Source of the DNA: a virus
Lineage: Duplodnaviria > Caudoviricetes
Direction: 5' to 3' (one strand)
IMG/VR virus record: IMGVR_UViG_2864522212_000004
Coordinates: 1-64,000 of that record
DNA length: 64,000 bases
The position numbers and the translations under genes are program-made. This document shows, in pieces, positions 18,940 through 29,155 of this stretch; the stretch's first letter is position 1; each line of letters opens with the position of its first letter. The notes under the pieces were generated by a model, which ran no database searches, was not told the origin of the DNA, and worked only from the letters and a program-made list of their open reading frames with translations.

Positions 18940-19911
18940 ATGCACGGAACATTCAGCAGGCCTATGAAAATACTCGCCAGTGTTATTACAGTGGCGGTTC
19001 TCGTCGCTGGCATCCTGGCTTGGAGTACGTGGCGTAAAAAAGTCACTGCCGCGGAACACCAGCAGGCGCAAGCCCAACAGTTGAAAAAACAGCAGTCGGA
19101 GGAACGCAAGAAAGCCGCTGAGGCTGCCGCAAATCAGCTGACCGATGAGGAGAAACAACAGTACACGGATCTCGCCATCAAATTCGAACAGGCAGCCCGC
19201 AACTGGGGGAGTGACCCCACGATCAATTTGGACTCGCTCAGCCAACATGATGCTCAACAGGTAATCGACCAGTTGCGGACACCGGACATCGGAAGCAATC
19301 CTCTACCCGCTCTGAGCGCTATCCCCGCGGATAAGAACGATGGGCCTGATGCCGTCAGCTATCCATGCGAAGAGGAATATGAAAACGCTTGTAAAGCGTA
19401 TCCGACAATGAAAGCATGGTGGAACAGTGAGGCGTTGGCGACCGGCAGCCGGTGGACGGACGGACCTCACGTGACGGTCAACGAAGACCGAACGGTCACG
19501 GTCACAGGAAAGGTCGAATCCATACTTTTGCAGGACGGTGATTCCTTTAACAATGGGAGCATCTGGGCATTGACTCCAGCTTGGAGAGACTACGACATCA
19601 ACGATGAACTCACCATCGCAAACGGGAAAATCAGCGGCATGAACATCAACGGCGACAACCCTTGGTGGATTAATCCTTGGCTGACACGCTGGGACAATAA
19701 CATGGCCGACGATTTGAGCGAGGGGACCAGAATAGCCATCCCAGTGAAAGGCGACCCCGAGATGGGCCTCGCCCATTCCAGCATGACGCCCATCCTTAAG
19801 GGACCTGTCACGCAGTCGGACTTGGATGGCAAGGTTGACTGGCATCTTTGGGATAGCATTCCCATGGCATCGGTTGGGGGAGGCTGCCAGAATCCGGGAT
19901 ACTGCGGCTAG
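18940..19911 (+). CDS. Membrane-anchored extracellular protein
   Basis: N-terminal TM (ILASVITVAVLVAGILAW), coiled-coil linker, extracellular domain. Confidence 0.7.
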   Translation: MHGTFSRPMKILASVITVAVLVAGILAWSTWRKKVTAAEHQQAQAQQLKKQQSEERKKAAEAAANQLTDEEKQQYTDLAIKFEQAARNWGSDPTINLDSLSQHDAQQVIDQLRTPDIGSNPLPALSAIPADKNDGPDAVSYPCEEEYENACKAYPTMKAWWNSEALATGSRWTDGPHVTVNEDRTVTVTGKVESILLQDGDSFNNGSIWALTPAWRDYDINDELTIANGKISGMNINGDNPWWINPWLTRWDNNMADDLSEGTRIAIPVKGDPEMGLAHSSMTPILKGPVTQSDLDGKVDWHLWDSIPMASVGGGCQNPGYCG

Positions 19912-21209
19912 TTCTTCCAGCTTTTCTTCCGGAAGAACACGTTGCCGGCACCATCGAACTGCTTTTGCGTGAGCCAGCGGCTGTTGTACCCCTCCCATGG
20001 GCCGCTTCCGTCCGTGCCGTAGTTTCCCTCGCTGATTCGGATCTTCCATCCGTTTGCGTCCTGCTTGACTTCTTCGACCACGGCGATATGCCCGGAGCTC
20101 ATATCACCTCCCAAAGCACCGCCGTACTGACTGACGCCATCCCCCGGGTGTGGACTGGAATCGACTGTGTATGCAGGGTCGGAGGCGAGATGCACATGGA
20201 CGTCACCACCCACGGGGGTGTTCCAGTTTGCCACGTCATGGTGGTGAATCACCCATAGTCTGACAAGTGCATACCAGTAGCACTGGTAATGTCCGCCGTT
20301 GGCAAAGGAAGTGAATGGCCCGTAGTCCCCGTCGTGACACACTTTTGCGTCAGTATCGCACAGCCAGCCAAAATTACGGGTTTTGCCTATAGGAGCCCCG
20401 CCCACGGAGCCAACGACGGCACTGCCTCCATCACCATCGTCGTCGGATGAGCAGGAAGCTTGAACGACATTGTCGGAACCACTGGAATCGTCGCTTGCCT
20501 TCCCAGTGAAATCAATCGTACTAATCTCCGGTGAATCATAGTAGGAGCGCGCATACTTCTTACGTTCCTCTTCATGCCGAGCGTTCCACGCTGGGCGCGC
20601 ATACCCGGCAAGCCATGCGATTGAGGCGTCCTCCGGATTATCCGCATGCAGCCACCATTTGTGCAGGTCATGGTCGGTGACGTTGTACCCTTCGGCCTCG
20701 ATGTTATCCAGATAGAAGTTGTTCCAATCGGATTTGGACGTGTCAACCAGCATTTTTATCTGCACGTCGGCATCAGAGTCTTTGCCAGACACGTTATGCT
20801 GATCCATCCATGCCTGGATTTTGCTGCGCGGTGTCCACTGATTCAGACCGAAGCCACGCAATTCGGGATTGGTCTCGCCTACCTGCTCCTGTTCCGGATT
20901 CATCCCAGATTCGAACTGGATCACACCAAGAACGCCTGCTGTGCTGGCTTTCGAATACCCGGCTTTGGCGAATGCCTCGGCTATGGCCACCGCGACCTTG
21001 TTGGGGGCTATCGATGTGGTCCCGGTTGTCGAATCATCATCTGATGAGGTGCCGCAATCATATTCTGCGGCTGATAATGACTTTCCGACGTTGCTGGTAA
21101 GGGCCGCGACACTGCCGGAAATGGCACTCACCACGTTCATGACGATAAGACCGTTCAACCCCACCAGCAATGCGGCTCCCGCAGCCATGAGTTTTGTACT
21201 GGTTTTCAA
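19908..21209 (-). CDS. Conjugative cell-wall hydrolase: phage-tail-lysozyme domain + CHAP domain (VirB1-like role)
   Basis: AGVLGVIQFESGMNP, GFGLNQWT; CHAP QCYWYA...GHIAVVE...ISEGN. Confidence 0.88.
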   Translation of the reverse strand: MKTSTKLMAAGAALLVGLNGLIVMNVVSAISGSVAALTSNVGKSLSAAEYDCGTSSDDDSTTGTTSIAPNKVAVAIAEAFAKAGYSKASTAGVLGVIQFESGMNPEQEQVGETNPELRGFGLNQWTPRSKIQAWMDQHNVSGKDSDADVQIKMLVDTSKSDWNNFYLDNIEAEGYNVTDHDLHKWWLHADNPEDASIAWLAGYARPAWNARHEEERKKYARSYYDSPEISTIDFTGKASDDSSGSDNVVQASCSSDDDGDGGSAVVGSVGGAPIGKTRNFGWLCDTDAKVCHDGDYGPFTSFANGGHYQCYWYALVRLWVIHHHDVANWNTPVGGDVHVHLASDPAYTVDSSPHPGDGVSQYGGALGGDMSSGHIAVVEEVKQDANGWKIRISEGNYGTDGSGPWEGYNSRWLTQKQFDGAGNVFFRKKSWKN

Positions 21210-21248
21210 AGGATGACCCCCTTACGGAAGGCAAAAGTCGGTAAAAAT

Positions 21249-22010
21249 TTACCGTTCTTGGAATGGTCGGAATTCCACGTCGACGAACACGTTGTAATCG
21301 TCTTGGAGAAGATTCGCGGCATGTTTCCCTGCTTCGATGATCTCACCTGAAGAACGATTCTCATCCCATGATTCAAACAAGGCCCTCAAAGCGTTGGTTT
21401 CCTCATTGGGATTCTTCAACGCGAATCCCAAAAGCCGTGCGGTGTTCAGATCCTTCAACAGCGGAGCCGCTTCGGAAGCCCAATCGGATGCCGCATCCCA
21501 GAGCTCGTCTGCTACGGAGAGGGGATATTCGACATCATATGCAAGCACATCACCGTCTACATCCTCATGCAGGATGCCCGCTGAAGTATATGCGGCGATG
21601 ATGGTGAGCATATACACGCTTATGTCGCTTCCATCCCAGGCGTGATTCAGTGGAGGATTCAGCAACGGATACTTGAGCACGTCATGATTCGCGAATAGCT
21701 CATTCTCGTGAAGCAGGAATACGGGGAGGCTGATCACGGGGGAGTACAGGATACGGTTTTCCACTCCTCCGTATGGGTCTCCGTCAGGTACCGCATACAC
21801 TTTGGATGCGGTATCGCTGAGACGTTGGATGTATCTGCTGGGGCGTTCCAATAGGAGAGGACGTCCGCTACCGAAACCAGGGAACAGCAATGGTTTCAAC
21901 TGCTGCTGTTCCTCCGGCTCCGGGGTCAAAGGGGTAACGGCAGATGATTTCTCCGACTTGTCGGAAGCCGGTGTGGAAAATGAGTCATCGAATATGTCTT
22001 TGTATCCCAT
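21249..22010 (-). CDS. Hypothetical protein in the transfer operon
   Basis: 253-aa ORF between the VirB4-like gene and the hydrolase. Confidence 0.7.
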   Translation of the reverse strand: MGYKDIFDDSFSTPASDKSEKSSAVTPLTPEPEEQQQLKPLLFPGFGSGRPLLLERPSRYIQRLSDTASKVYAVPDGDPYGGVENRILYSPVISLPVFLLHENELFANHDVLKYPLLNPPLNHAWDGSDISVYMLTIIAAYTSAGILHEDVDGDVLAYDVEYPLSVADELWDAASDWASEAAPLLKDLNTARLLGFALKNPNEETNALRALFESWDENRSSGEIIEAGKHAANLLQDDYNVFVDVEFRPFQER

Positions 22011-22016
22011 AAGGGG

Positions 22017-25000
22017 TCACTGCTCCTTGTTCTTTCGTTGTTCTCGTGCGATCTTGTCCGTGGCGGTGGTGCTGATTTCCTTCAACAATGCCGGAGGAAT
22101 CACGATTTCCACTGGAATAGGCTGCTTGGACCCGTCCTTGAAATAGGCGACGGCTCCGCGAACGGTCTTCCCCGTCGACGCGCTTACCAGACGCTTCAGA
22201 CTGTTCGGGTTCGGCTGACCGTTGTCCAAAGTATCATCGGCTCCCATGCGCTGCAAGATCCGACCATTGGGGTCTTCGATGCCTAGGAGTCGTTCCGCTG
22301 ATTTGGCCGGACTGACCGTGCCATTGGCTTCCTCCGGGTTGTCCAACGCCAGAAGGAGGGCGCGGCTGATGCCGCCGGTCAAGTCGGCATCGATGAACTC
22401 CTGCACTTTCTGACTGATGATGACAGGCGTGAATCGTTGCGAACGGGCCATACGCACCCATTGTTCGAAGGTTCGGGAAGCTCCCTTGTCCTTGCCCATG
22501 AACACCCATGCCTCATCGACACCTACCATGCCATCGCGGCCTCGAACGGCGGTGCCGGCTCCCATGACGACCATTCGCAACGTCCACTGGCGGATGCGAG
22601 CGGTCATGGAATCATCTTGGCCTTCGGGGATGAGTGAACGGTCTCCGGCATTGATGAGGGTCAGGTTTTGGCTGATCGTCAACGGCTTGGTGTCATTATC
22701 GGTGCCGAAGATAAGACGTAGTCCCTGGTTCGCCTTCAGGTTCATGCTGATTGTCGAAAACACCTCGAGGGTGTTGGAAGGCAACCCAATGGACTCCGCC
22801 GTGTTCCCCGCTTTGATGGTCTTCGCAACAGCTTGGGCGGCGACAAGCAGAGCCCGGCCTACGCAACGCGCCCCGTGTTTGACGCCGTAATCCAGCATGG
22901 CTGTCATGGCGGATTCCATCTTTGTGTCACCGCCAAGAATGTTCGTCATCATCAGGACGGCGATTTCCTTGGCCTCCTCCACATTCGGAATCACGTTGAA
23001 CGGGTCGAACGTGCCGTTAGCCACATCGGAATCCAACCGGATGACCGTACCACCCTGCGAACGGGTCGCATCCTCCAAATCATTACCGGCCTTCGGATTA
23101 ATGTAAATGCACGGGGTCTTGCCTTTACCGTCACGCGCGTCAATCTTCGACCATTGCAGAAACAGGCTGAACGACGCCATCGTATTATGGGTCGGCACGT
23201 AATCAGCGATGAGGAACGAATGGTCAGGGCTTCCAACGGTCAGACAACGATGAGGCGCGTTGGATATCTTCCTGATGTCTTTGACGTATAGCCATTGCTG
23301 GGTTTGTCTCAACGTCGTAGGGATTAAAGCCGCTTTGCGTTGCAAAGAGAATACCGGCAGATCCGTCGTGAAGGTGATGCGATAACGATCCTGAGCCTCG
23401 TGACGCACACCATCAGCCGTGTATCCTGCTTTGTTGAGATGGGGTTCGTGAACGACGATTCCCAGAGATCTTAGCAGGCGCACCATTCCTCGGACAATCG
23501 GCAGATGATCGGCGGACTGGGTGAACTCTATATTCCCATTTGAGGAGATGGTCCCATCCTGATCCAGCAACCCCTGCACGAGGGAGAGTCTTTGCTCGAT
23601 GCTCGCCGAGAAGTAGATCTCAGGAATGCGTTTTTCGCGGAGTATCCCCATATCGCGAAGAATGGAGACAAGCCCCTTCACATTCACGACCATCGGCGTA
23701 TTGATGCTTCCTAGAGAAAATCCCGCAGAGGTGAGACAGGACTTCACATGCTGCAAATCACCATTCCTGTTATCTGAAGCGATGATTCCAGTGCCGATAC
23801 TACCGTCGGCTAACCAAGCCCCTAAAACCCATGGGTCAAGTGGCAGGTCGGCTTGCGGGTTGGTAACAGGCATCGCGGCTCGGATTGCCCATTGCGCACG
23901 ATTGCCTGAATCCTTTAGACCAGACGCAAGCATGTCTCGCGTAGTCACAACCTGTTCACAATATCCAAGGGAATTGGTCTCGTTGAAGGCCCCCTCATAA
24001 CGAAGCATCATGCGTTGCCCTATGGCTCTGCATGCTTCTCGAACGTTGTATACAGATACCGAATCATGACGCATTCTGTCGGAGTGAATTCGTTCTTCCG
24101 TATCCCACTCACTGATTGGATTGAGCGTTTTTATGACAGATTCGATAGAGGAACGGCTTGGTGAACGATTCTCGAGCATCTTCTGTATGTCAGTGATGCT
24201 GATGCCCTTCGGATAGTTATCTTCCAAATGCTTTCTTAGGACATCCGCACGCTCCCTGGCGAGATCGTTCCATCTTTTCGCATGCTGCGCCACGTCATCA
24301 TAATGTGCAATCAAAGCCCGAAGAGCTTCCTGCATGTTATAGCGCCTACAGTTCTGCCGAGTCTTAAAAGGTTTTTTTGTATCCGCTATCGCGCGGTCTC
24401 GCTGTTCTTGATGAGATTCAACTCCCATAAATCGCAGCGCTGCGGCAATGGTCCTGGCATTGCTCTCTCCGCTCCACCAACGACTCGTTACTGGATGGAC
24501 AAACTCTGCAAGCTCGTTCACGCTCATGGTTGATTGGGCCGGTAGCGCATCAGACATCCGACATAGCTCATCGTATGTCTCCGACAGCATGTTCTTACGC
24601 TGTTGGGATTTCAAATGTTTTGGTTTTCTGAATTTGTTTCGATCTTTGAAATCGGAGACGATCCACTGGTGGTTCCCGCTGGCTTTTATCGTTTGACCGT
24701 CACTGAGGGTGACTTCGTAAAGATCTTCCGTGTGAATCGGATGAAGCTTGAGGAGTGGATAAGGTTTTCCGTCCCGCCCGTAGACGAGGTCTCCCTCATG
24801 CAAATCGCTGATCTTAGCCATTTTTCCATGGGGGAAGCTAGCCTGAGGGGGAACCGGAATTGTGGAGGAAATGTGAACGGCCTTCCCGCTTCCTGTATCT
24901 CCGATAATAGCCAAAATTGGACGCCTGTCCTTGTCCTGCACGGTTGTTGTCCCGATATACACCGGTTGCCTGTTGGCTTCGGACAATCCGACAAGAGCTC

Positions 25001-26336
25001 CGTCCCTGTCGCCTGCTTTGGCGAAACTGCTCACGCCTCCTCCCGCGACGCATGTTGCGGCCCAGTGGATCTCATAGGGGGTCATGCGTACGTTCGAACA
25101 GGCCTGCATGCTTTTGAACGCCATCAACTGTTCGCTAGCCGTCGTCAGATTGACGAACTCGATGTTGGGGATACACCCCAAAGCGTCGATGGCCATCTGC
25201 TCGTTGCCCGCCACGCAGGTGGCGACGCTCAGATCAATGATGCTGGGCGGCATGTCCGGAGTATTGTAGATTGCCTTCTTATAATCCAAACGCTCCTTGA
25301 TTTCGGTCATATCACCGGGGGCTTCATGGCCTTTCTCGTACCGTTCCTTAATGCTTTCGTCGATGGTGCGGCTGTTGCGTCGAATCTGGTCGGCGGTGAC
25401 TTTCGCCGGTTCGACTTTGCCTCGGATGCTTGTGGCGACCGCATTGGCTCCGCCGGCTCGTCCGACTTCCATGAGTCTAGCAATCCACAGGTTGTTTGGA
25501 TCCGTGATGCTGCTTTGGTTGAAATCCGCCGTGCGTGCGAAGCAGATGCTGGCCGGGTATTCTTCGTCGATATTCCACTCGGTGCAGTCCACGCCATTGT
25601 CGTACAGGTTTTTGGCGTGGGCGCAGGTCGCGTTATCCGGGAAGAAATGCACGTGTGCGTTCTCCGCCAGGATAGGCAGGGCCGACGAGTTGGCGCGCCC
25701 CACCCACCATGATTCCATCATGGCGACCAGCTGTTCGCGTTCCTGCTCATCCATGATGGTGAATGGTTCCAGCCCGGCGTTGAGCATGATTCGTTCGATA
25801 TTATGCGCGTCTGGCAGATACTCTTCGAACATTGGGCATCCGTTTGCCACCGAATAGCACATGCGGTCGTACCATGTCAGGGCGCGTTGCAGCATGCCGG
25901 GCTTGCGATTGTTGCTATGATCCCCGACCAGTTTCAAAGGAACGCCGATGACCGCGAACTGCTTGCATACCTTCTGGCTACGGTAGTACTGCGCCTGGTA
26001 TCGTCCGAGGTCGGTGTCCCTCATGCTGGCCGGCGGACTGTATCGGACGGGCATGGATCCGGTGAGTAGATGGAATTCGCGATATTCGCTTTGAAGCATG
26101 TAACGGTAGCGCATACCGGCAACCGTGACCTGATTGGCGAGGCCGTCGAAGAACGCCATCAGCTGTTGCGCGGCATCGTTGCGTTTCCGGTCGTTGGCTC
26201 CATCCAGCAATGCAGTGCTCCAGGGGATGCGCGCGTACAGCCATACGGTGCGATCCGGCGTGGCAGAACGGAGCAGCCCGTATTCGCTGGCCGGGCTTAT
26301 AAAGCTTTCTGGACGGTAGAAGTTTCCTCGTGGCAT
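22017..26336 (-). CDS. VirB4-like conjugative ATPase containing an intein
   Basis: Walker A GDTGSGK|T split by the intein; YINPK, VGVDEAW, RMARSQ...ISQ; next to a CHAP hydrolase. Confidence 0.82.
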   Translation of the reverse strand: MPRGNFYRPESFISPASEYGLLRSATPDRTVWLYARIPWSTALLDGANDRKRNDAAQQLMAFFDGLANQVTVAGMRYRYMLQSEYREFHLLTGSMPVRYSPPASMRDTDLGRYQAQYYRSQKVCKQFAVIGVPLKLVGDHSNNRKPGMLQRALTWYDRMCYSVANGCPMFEEYLPDAHNIERIMLNAGLEPFTIMDEQEREQLVAMMESWWVGRANSSALPILAENAHVHFFPDNATCAHAKNLYDNGVDCTEWNIDEEYPASICFARTADFNQSSITDPNNLWIARLMEVGRAGGANAVATSIRGKVEPAKVTADQIRRNSRTIDESIKERYEKGHEAPGDMTEIKERLDYKKAIYNTPDMPPSIIDLSVATCVAGNEQMAIDALGCIPNIEFVNLTTASEQLMAFKSMQACSNVRMTPYEIHWAATCVAGGGVSSFAKAGDRDGALVGLSEANRQPVYIGTTTVQDKDRRPILAIIGDTGSGKAVHISSTIPVPPQASFPHGKMAKISDLHEGDLVYGRDGKPYPLLKLHPIHTEDLYEVTLSDGQTIKASGNHQWIVSDFKDRNKFRKPKHLKSQQRKNMLSETYDELCRMSDALPAQSTMSVNELAEFVHPVTSRWWSGESNARTIAAALRFMGVESHQEQRDRAIADTKKPFKTRQNCRRYNMQEALRALIAHYDDVAQHAKRWNDLARERADVLRKHLEDNYPKGISITDIQKMLENRSPSRSSIESVIKTLNPISEWDTEERIHSDRMRHDSVSVYNVREACRAIGQRMMLRYEGAFNETNSLGYCEQVVTTRDMLASGLKDSGNRAQWAIRAAMPVTNPQADLPLDPWVLGAWLADGSIGTGIIASDNRNGDLQHVKSCLTSAGFSLGSINTPMVVNVKGLVSILRDMGILREKRIPEIYFSASIEQRLSLVQGLLDQDGTISSNGNIEFTQSADHLPIVRGMVRLLRSLGIVVHEPHLNKAGYTADGVRHEAQDRYRITFTTDLPVFSLQRKAALIPTTLRQTQQWLYVKDIRKISNAPHRCLTVGSPDHSFLIADYVPTHNTMASFSLFLQWSKIDARDGKGKTPCIYINPKAGNDLEDATRSQGGTVIRLDSDVANGTFDPFNVIPNVEEAKEIAVLMMTNILGGDTKMESAMTAMLDYGVKHGARCVGRALLVAAQAVAKTIKAGNTAESIGLPSNTLEVFSTISMNLKANQGLRLIFGTDNDTKPLTISQNLTLINAGDRSLIPEGQDDSMTARIRQWTLRMVVMGAGTAVRGRDGMVGVDEAWVFMGKDKGASRTFEQWVRMARSQRFTPVIISQKVQEFIDADLTGGISRALLLALDNPEEANGTVSPAKSAERLLGIEDPNGRILQRMGADDTLDNGQPNPNSLKRLVSASTGKTVRGAVAYFKDGSKQPIPVEIVIPPALLKEISTTATDKIAREQRKNKEQ
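23184..24881 (-). mobile_element. 566-aa class-3-type intein with LAGLIDADG homing endonuclease
   Basis: Starts with Ala after GSGK and ends PTHN before Thr; block B ASGNHQW, block F RCLTV, block G THN; LGAWLADG and LVQGLLDQDG. Confidence 0.88.
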
Positions 26337-26359
26337 ATATTCCACGATAGATTTTGATG

Positions 26360-26386
26360 TTGTTATTAACCGATATTCTATTGAAA
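26360..26386 (-). promoter_or_regulatory. Transfer-operon motif copy B
   Basis: TTGTTATTAACCGATATTCTATTGAAA, 23 bp from the VirB4-like start. Confidence 0.6.
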
Positions 26387-26422
26387 ATACCCGTTTTTCG
26401 GTTGGTGGCGATATCCAAAAAA

Positions 26423-26451
26423 AATATCCCGACCGCAATGGTCGGGAGATT
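26423..26451 (-). terminator. Intrinsic terminator
   Basis: TCCCGACC-GCAAT-GGTCGGGA hairpin with a T-run on the minus strand. Confidence 0.6.
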
Positions 26452-26466
26452 AGGAAAGGTTGCCGG

Positions 26467-26793
26467 TTAGTCGTCCACGCCGACGCAGTCCTGGTTGACT
26501 AGTTCACGCACGTGATCGACGGCCCGCTGCAGTTCCGGTGTCATGTCGAAGTCATCGGTACGGTAGAAGGCCGAGTTGCCGTTGGATTTACGACTGGCGC
26601 TGACCGCGACGTTGGTCACCGTCATCTTGCCCTTGTCGTCACGGTCCAAGTGGACGAACAGGGTCCTTGCGGTCAGCTCGCGACGTCCCCCCGCATATTT
26701 CAGTGTCCCTTGGACGGTGATGTTTGGTTCCAACTGATATGCCACGTCTGCCGTGTATCGGATGCTTGGGATGCTGGATATGATTTTCGACAT
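26467..26793 (-). CDS. Hypothetical protein
   Basis: 108-aa ORF with GAGG RBS. Confidence 0.6.
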   Translation of the reverse strand: MSKIISSIPSIRYTADVAYQLEPNITVQGTLKYAGGRRELTARTLFVHLDRDDKGKMTVTNVAVSASRKSNGNSAFYRTDDFDMTPELQRAVDHVRELVNQDCVGVDD

Positions 26794-26795
26794 GA

Positions 26796-27326
26796 TTAAC
26801 CCTCGTTTCGGGTGATGTACATGCAATTCATGTGAGTGGTTTTCAGGATTTCGCGCAGAGGGGTTTCTTTGACGACGCCTCCGCCCTTATATGCTTGGAT
26901 GCTGTAATCGTCGATGGGGAACTTGGTTTTTATTTTCGACACGTGCTCGAGTTTCACCCAGCACCGCGCTTCGGGGATGGTGAGGCTTGGCGGCGCTGTG
27001 AACCCGTCATAGTCATTCATGCCGTAAGCGTAATATGCGCCTGAATCATGAATGTCGGCCTCAATGTAAGTGTCATCCGTCATCCATAAGAACGCTTTTT
27101 TACATGTGTTGACGGTCAAATCGGACACGTTGAACTTGAGAGGGAACAGCACTTTCCCGTCGGATTTCTCGGCATGCTCCTCTATGTAATCCAGAATGGT
27201 TTTATCCAGATCCCAGTTATACCGGCAGGTGATTCCGTCGGCGAGTTTGACCGATTGCCGTCCTGGATAGGATGACTGTTTCTTGTAGCGCACGAAGAGC
27301 GCTCGTCGATCGTATAGTGTTGCCAT
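26796..27326 (-). CDS. Hypothetical protein, paralog of 29156..29638 (possible PUA/EVE-like fold)
   Basis: Shared pattern TI..(F/Y)..HA...G.(L/V)LF...LW...AP...A..W(L/V).L..V; AAAGGAAG RBS. Confidence 0.65.
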   Translation of the reverse strand: MATLYDRRALFVRYKKQSSYPGRQSVKLADGITCRYNWDLDKTILDYIEEHAEKSDGKVLFPLKFNVSDLTVNTCKKAFLWMTDDTYIEADIHDSGAYYAYGMNDYDGFTAPPSLTIPEARCWVKLEHVSKIKTKFPIDDYSIQAYKGGGVVKETPLREILKTTHMNCMYITRNEG

Positions 27327-27504
27327 AAGTCTTCCTTTTATGCAGATGTTTTCAGTATAACAGCCACGACAGAGGGTGACGTGCTCCCGCCACCTGACCG
27401 CTTCGCGATCTGAGGTGGGGGGGGGCTTCCTGCTCAAGGCTCGTATCCGAGTCAGTGTCTACAGGCTATTCCCGTGCGCCCCACGGTTCTCGTAAGTTTT
27501 TTTG

Positions 27505-28626
27505 TTATCGTTCCTGCATGAGTCGTCGTGTTTCGTGCATGATGTTGGTCGCGGCGTTCACGTCCCTGTCATGCCAAACGCCACAGTCAGGGCATGTCCA
27601 TTCGCGGATATGCAGGTCCTTCGTATCCTTATTGCGGTATCCGCAATCGGAGCATAGTTGACTGGACGGGTAGAACCTGTCTACCGTGACCAGCTGCTTG
27701 CCTTGCCGTTCGAGCTTGTATGCGAGCATGGTGCGGAACATGCCGTACCCGTTGTCCATCGTGCTTTTGCCGAGTGTGAGGGATTGGCTCATGTTCTTCA
27801 TGTCCAAGTCCTCCACGCCGACGCAATCATATCGGGCGGCGAGCCGGTTGGCCGTCTTATGCAGGAAGTCGGCTCGCTGGTTCCCGACCTTGGCGGCGAG
27901 CTTGGCGATGCGCCGCTTCTGTTTCACCCAATTACCGGACCCTTTTACCATGTGGCTGAGTCTACGTTGCTCGCGCATCAGCCGTGGCTCCATCCGCCGG
28001 TAGAAACGCGAATAGTCGGCTCGTTCGCCGTCGCTGGACACGTACAGGCCGTGGGAGGAGTAATCCAATCCGACGATATGCACGGGTCGGACGGGTTCGA
28101 GTGCTTGGGTCTCGTACTCGAACAGTATCGTCGCCGTGTATTCGCCGTTTTTGCAATGCTCGATGGTCACGCTCTTCAGTTTCCAGTCTTCGGGTATGCG
28201 TTTATGCTGGCGGACGCGCACAATCCCTACTTTCGGTAGTTTGAGATGCCTGCCTCCTTCATCGAGGGTGACGTTGTTATTGCTGTTGTTCGTCGTGTAG
28301 GTCTGACGATTGCGATGCTTCGCCTTGTACTTCGGGAAGCCGATGTGCTTGGGGTCGCGGAAGAAGTTCCTGTACGCCTTCGCCACGTTCAATTGGGCGT
28401 TGCACAGTGCGAGGCTGTCCACCTCACGCAGGAACGGATACCTGTCCTTGTACTGGGCGGGAGTCGGATTGCACGACTTACCCGTAGCCTTATAGGTGCC
28501 GATGCGGGTTTCAAGCATCTGATTGTAGATGAACCTCGCACAACCGATGGTGCGGTCAATCAATGCCGCCTGAGCCCTGTTCGGGTACATGCGGTACTTG
28601 ACCGCGCAATGACGTTTCACCTGCAT
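27505..28626 (-). CDS. tnpB: TnpB RNA-guided endonuclease
   Basis: KYRMYPN, RuvC GLDY / VGVEDL / DRDVNAA, CxxC zinc finger. Confidence 0.95.
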   Translation of the reverse strand: MQVKRHCAVKYRMYPNRAQAALIDRTIGCARFIYNQMLETRIGTYKATGKSCNPTPAQYKDRYPFLREVDSLALCNAQLNVAKAYRNFFRDPKHIGFPKYKAKHRNRQTYTTNNSNNNVTLDEGGRHLKLPKVGIVRVRQHKRIPEDWKLKSVTIEHCKNGEYTATILFEYETQALEPVRPVHIVGLDYSSHGLYVSSDGERADYSRFYRRMEPRLMREQRRLSHMVKGSGNWVKQKRRIAKLAAKVGNQRADFLHKTANRLAARYDCVGVEDLDMKNMSQSLTLGKSTMDNGYGMFRTMLAYKLERQGKQLVTVDRFYPSSQLCSDCGYRNKDTKDLHIREWTCPDCGVWHDRDVNAATNIMHETRRLMQER

Positions 28627-28640
28627 GATGGTTCACCTCC

Positions 28641-29039
28641 TTACTTCCTGCCTTGGTTCTCGATGTATTTGCGGATGACTTCGATTGGCGCGCCTCCTGT
28701 GGTCAGTAGGCAGAAGCTGCGGCTCCAGAAATACTCCTTCCACAGTTTCTGCCGAATCTGCGGAAACTCCTGCTTGAGCAGACGACTCGACGCGCTCTTG
28801 TAAGCGTTGATGAACTTGCTCAACTCGCTCTTCGGCTGGGCACGGAACAATACGTGCACGTGGTCCATGTCGTGGTTCCATTCCTCAACGGTTATCCCAT
28901 ACTTGGGTGCGATGTACTCGAATATCTCACGCGCACGCGCCGAAACGATGTCGTCGAACACCTTGCGACGGTATTTCACGACGAGCACGAGATGATAATA
29001 CAACAGGAACACCGAATGATGATTCGACTCCAATTCCAC
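28641..29039 (-). CDS. tnpA: IS200-family Y1 transposase
   Basis: YHLVLVVKYR, DHVH HUH, FWSRSF, KYIENQ. Confidence 0.95.
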   Translation of the reverse strand: MELESNHHSVFLLYYHLVLVVKYRRKVFDDIVSARAREIFEYIAPKYGITVEEWNHDMDHVHVLFRAQPKSELSKFINAYKSASSRLLKQEFPQIRQKLWKEYFWSRSFCLLTTGGAPIEVIRKYIENQGRK

Positions 29040-29155
29040 TGCAATCACCTCGTTTATAACATATACGACTGATTACAGTATAACATATATAGATACGCCA
29101 ATTCATCCCCCGCCTACGCTTCACTTAGAGGCGGGGGATGAATTGGCGAGGAAGG

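Larger units (their letters stand above)
27376..29155 (-). mobile_element. IS605-type element (tnpA + tnpB in tandem)
   Basis: Left hairpin 29097-29147, preceded by target TTTAA (guide AATT); right hairpin with guide GAAG ending TCAC. Confidence 0.88.
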
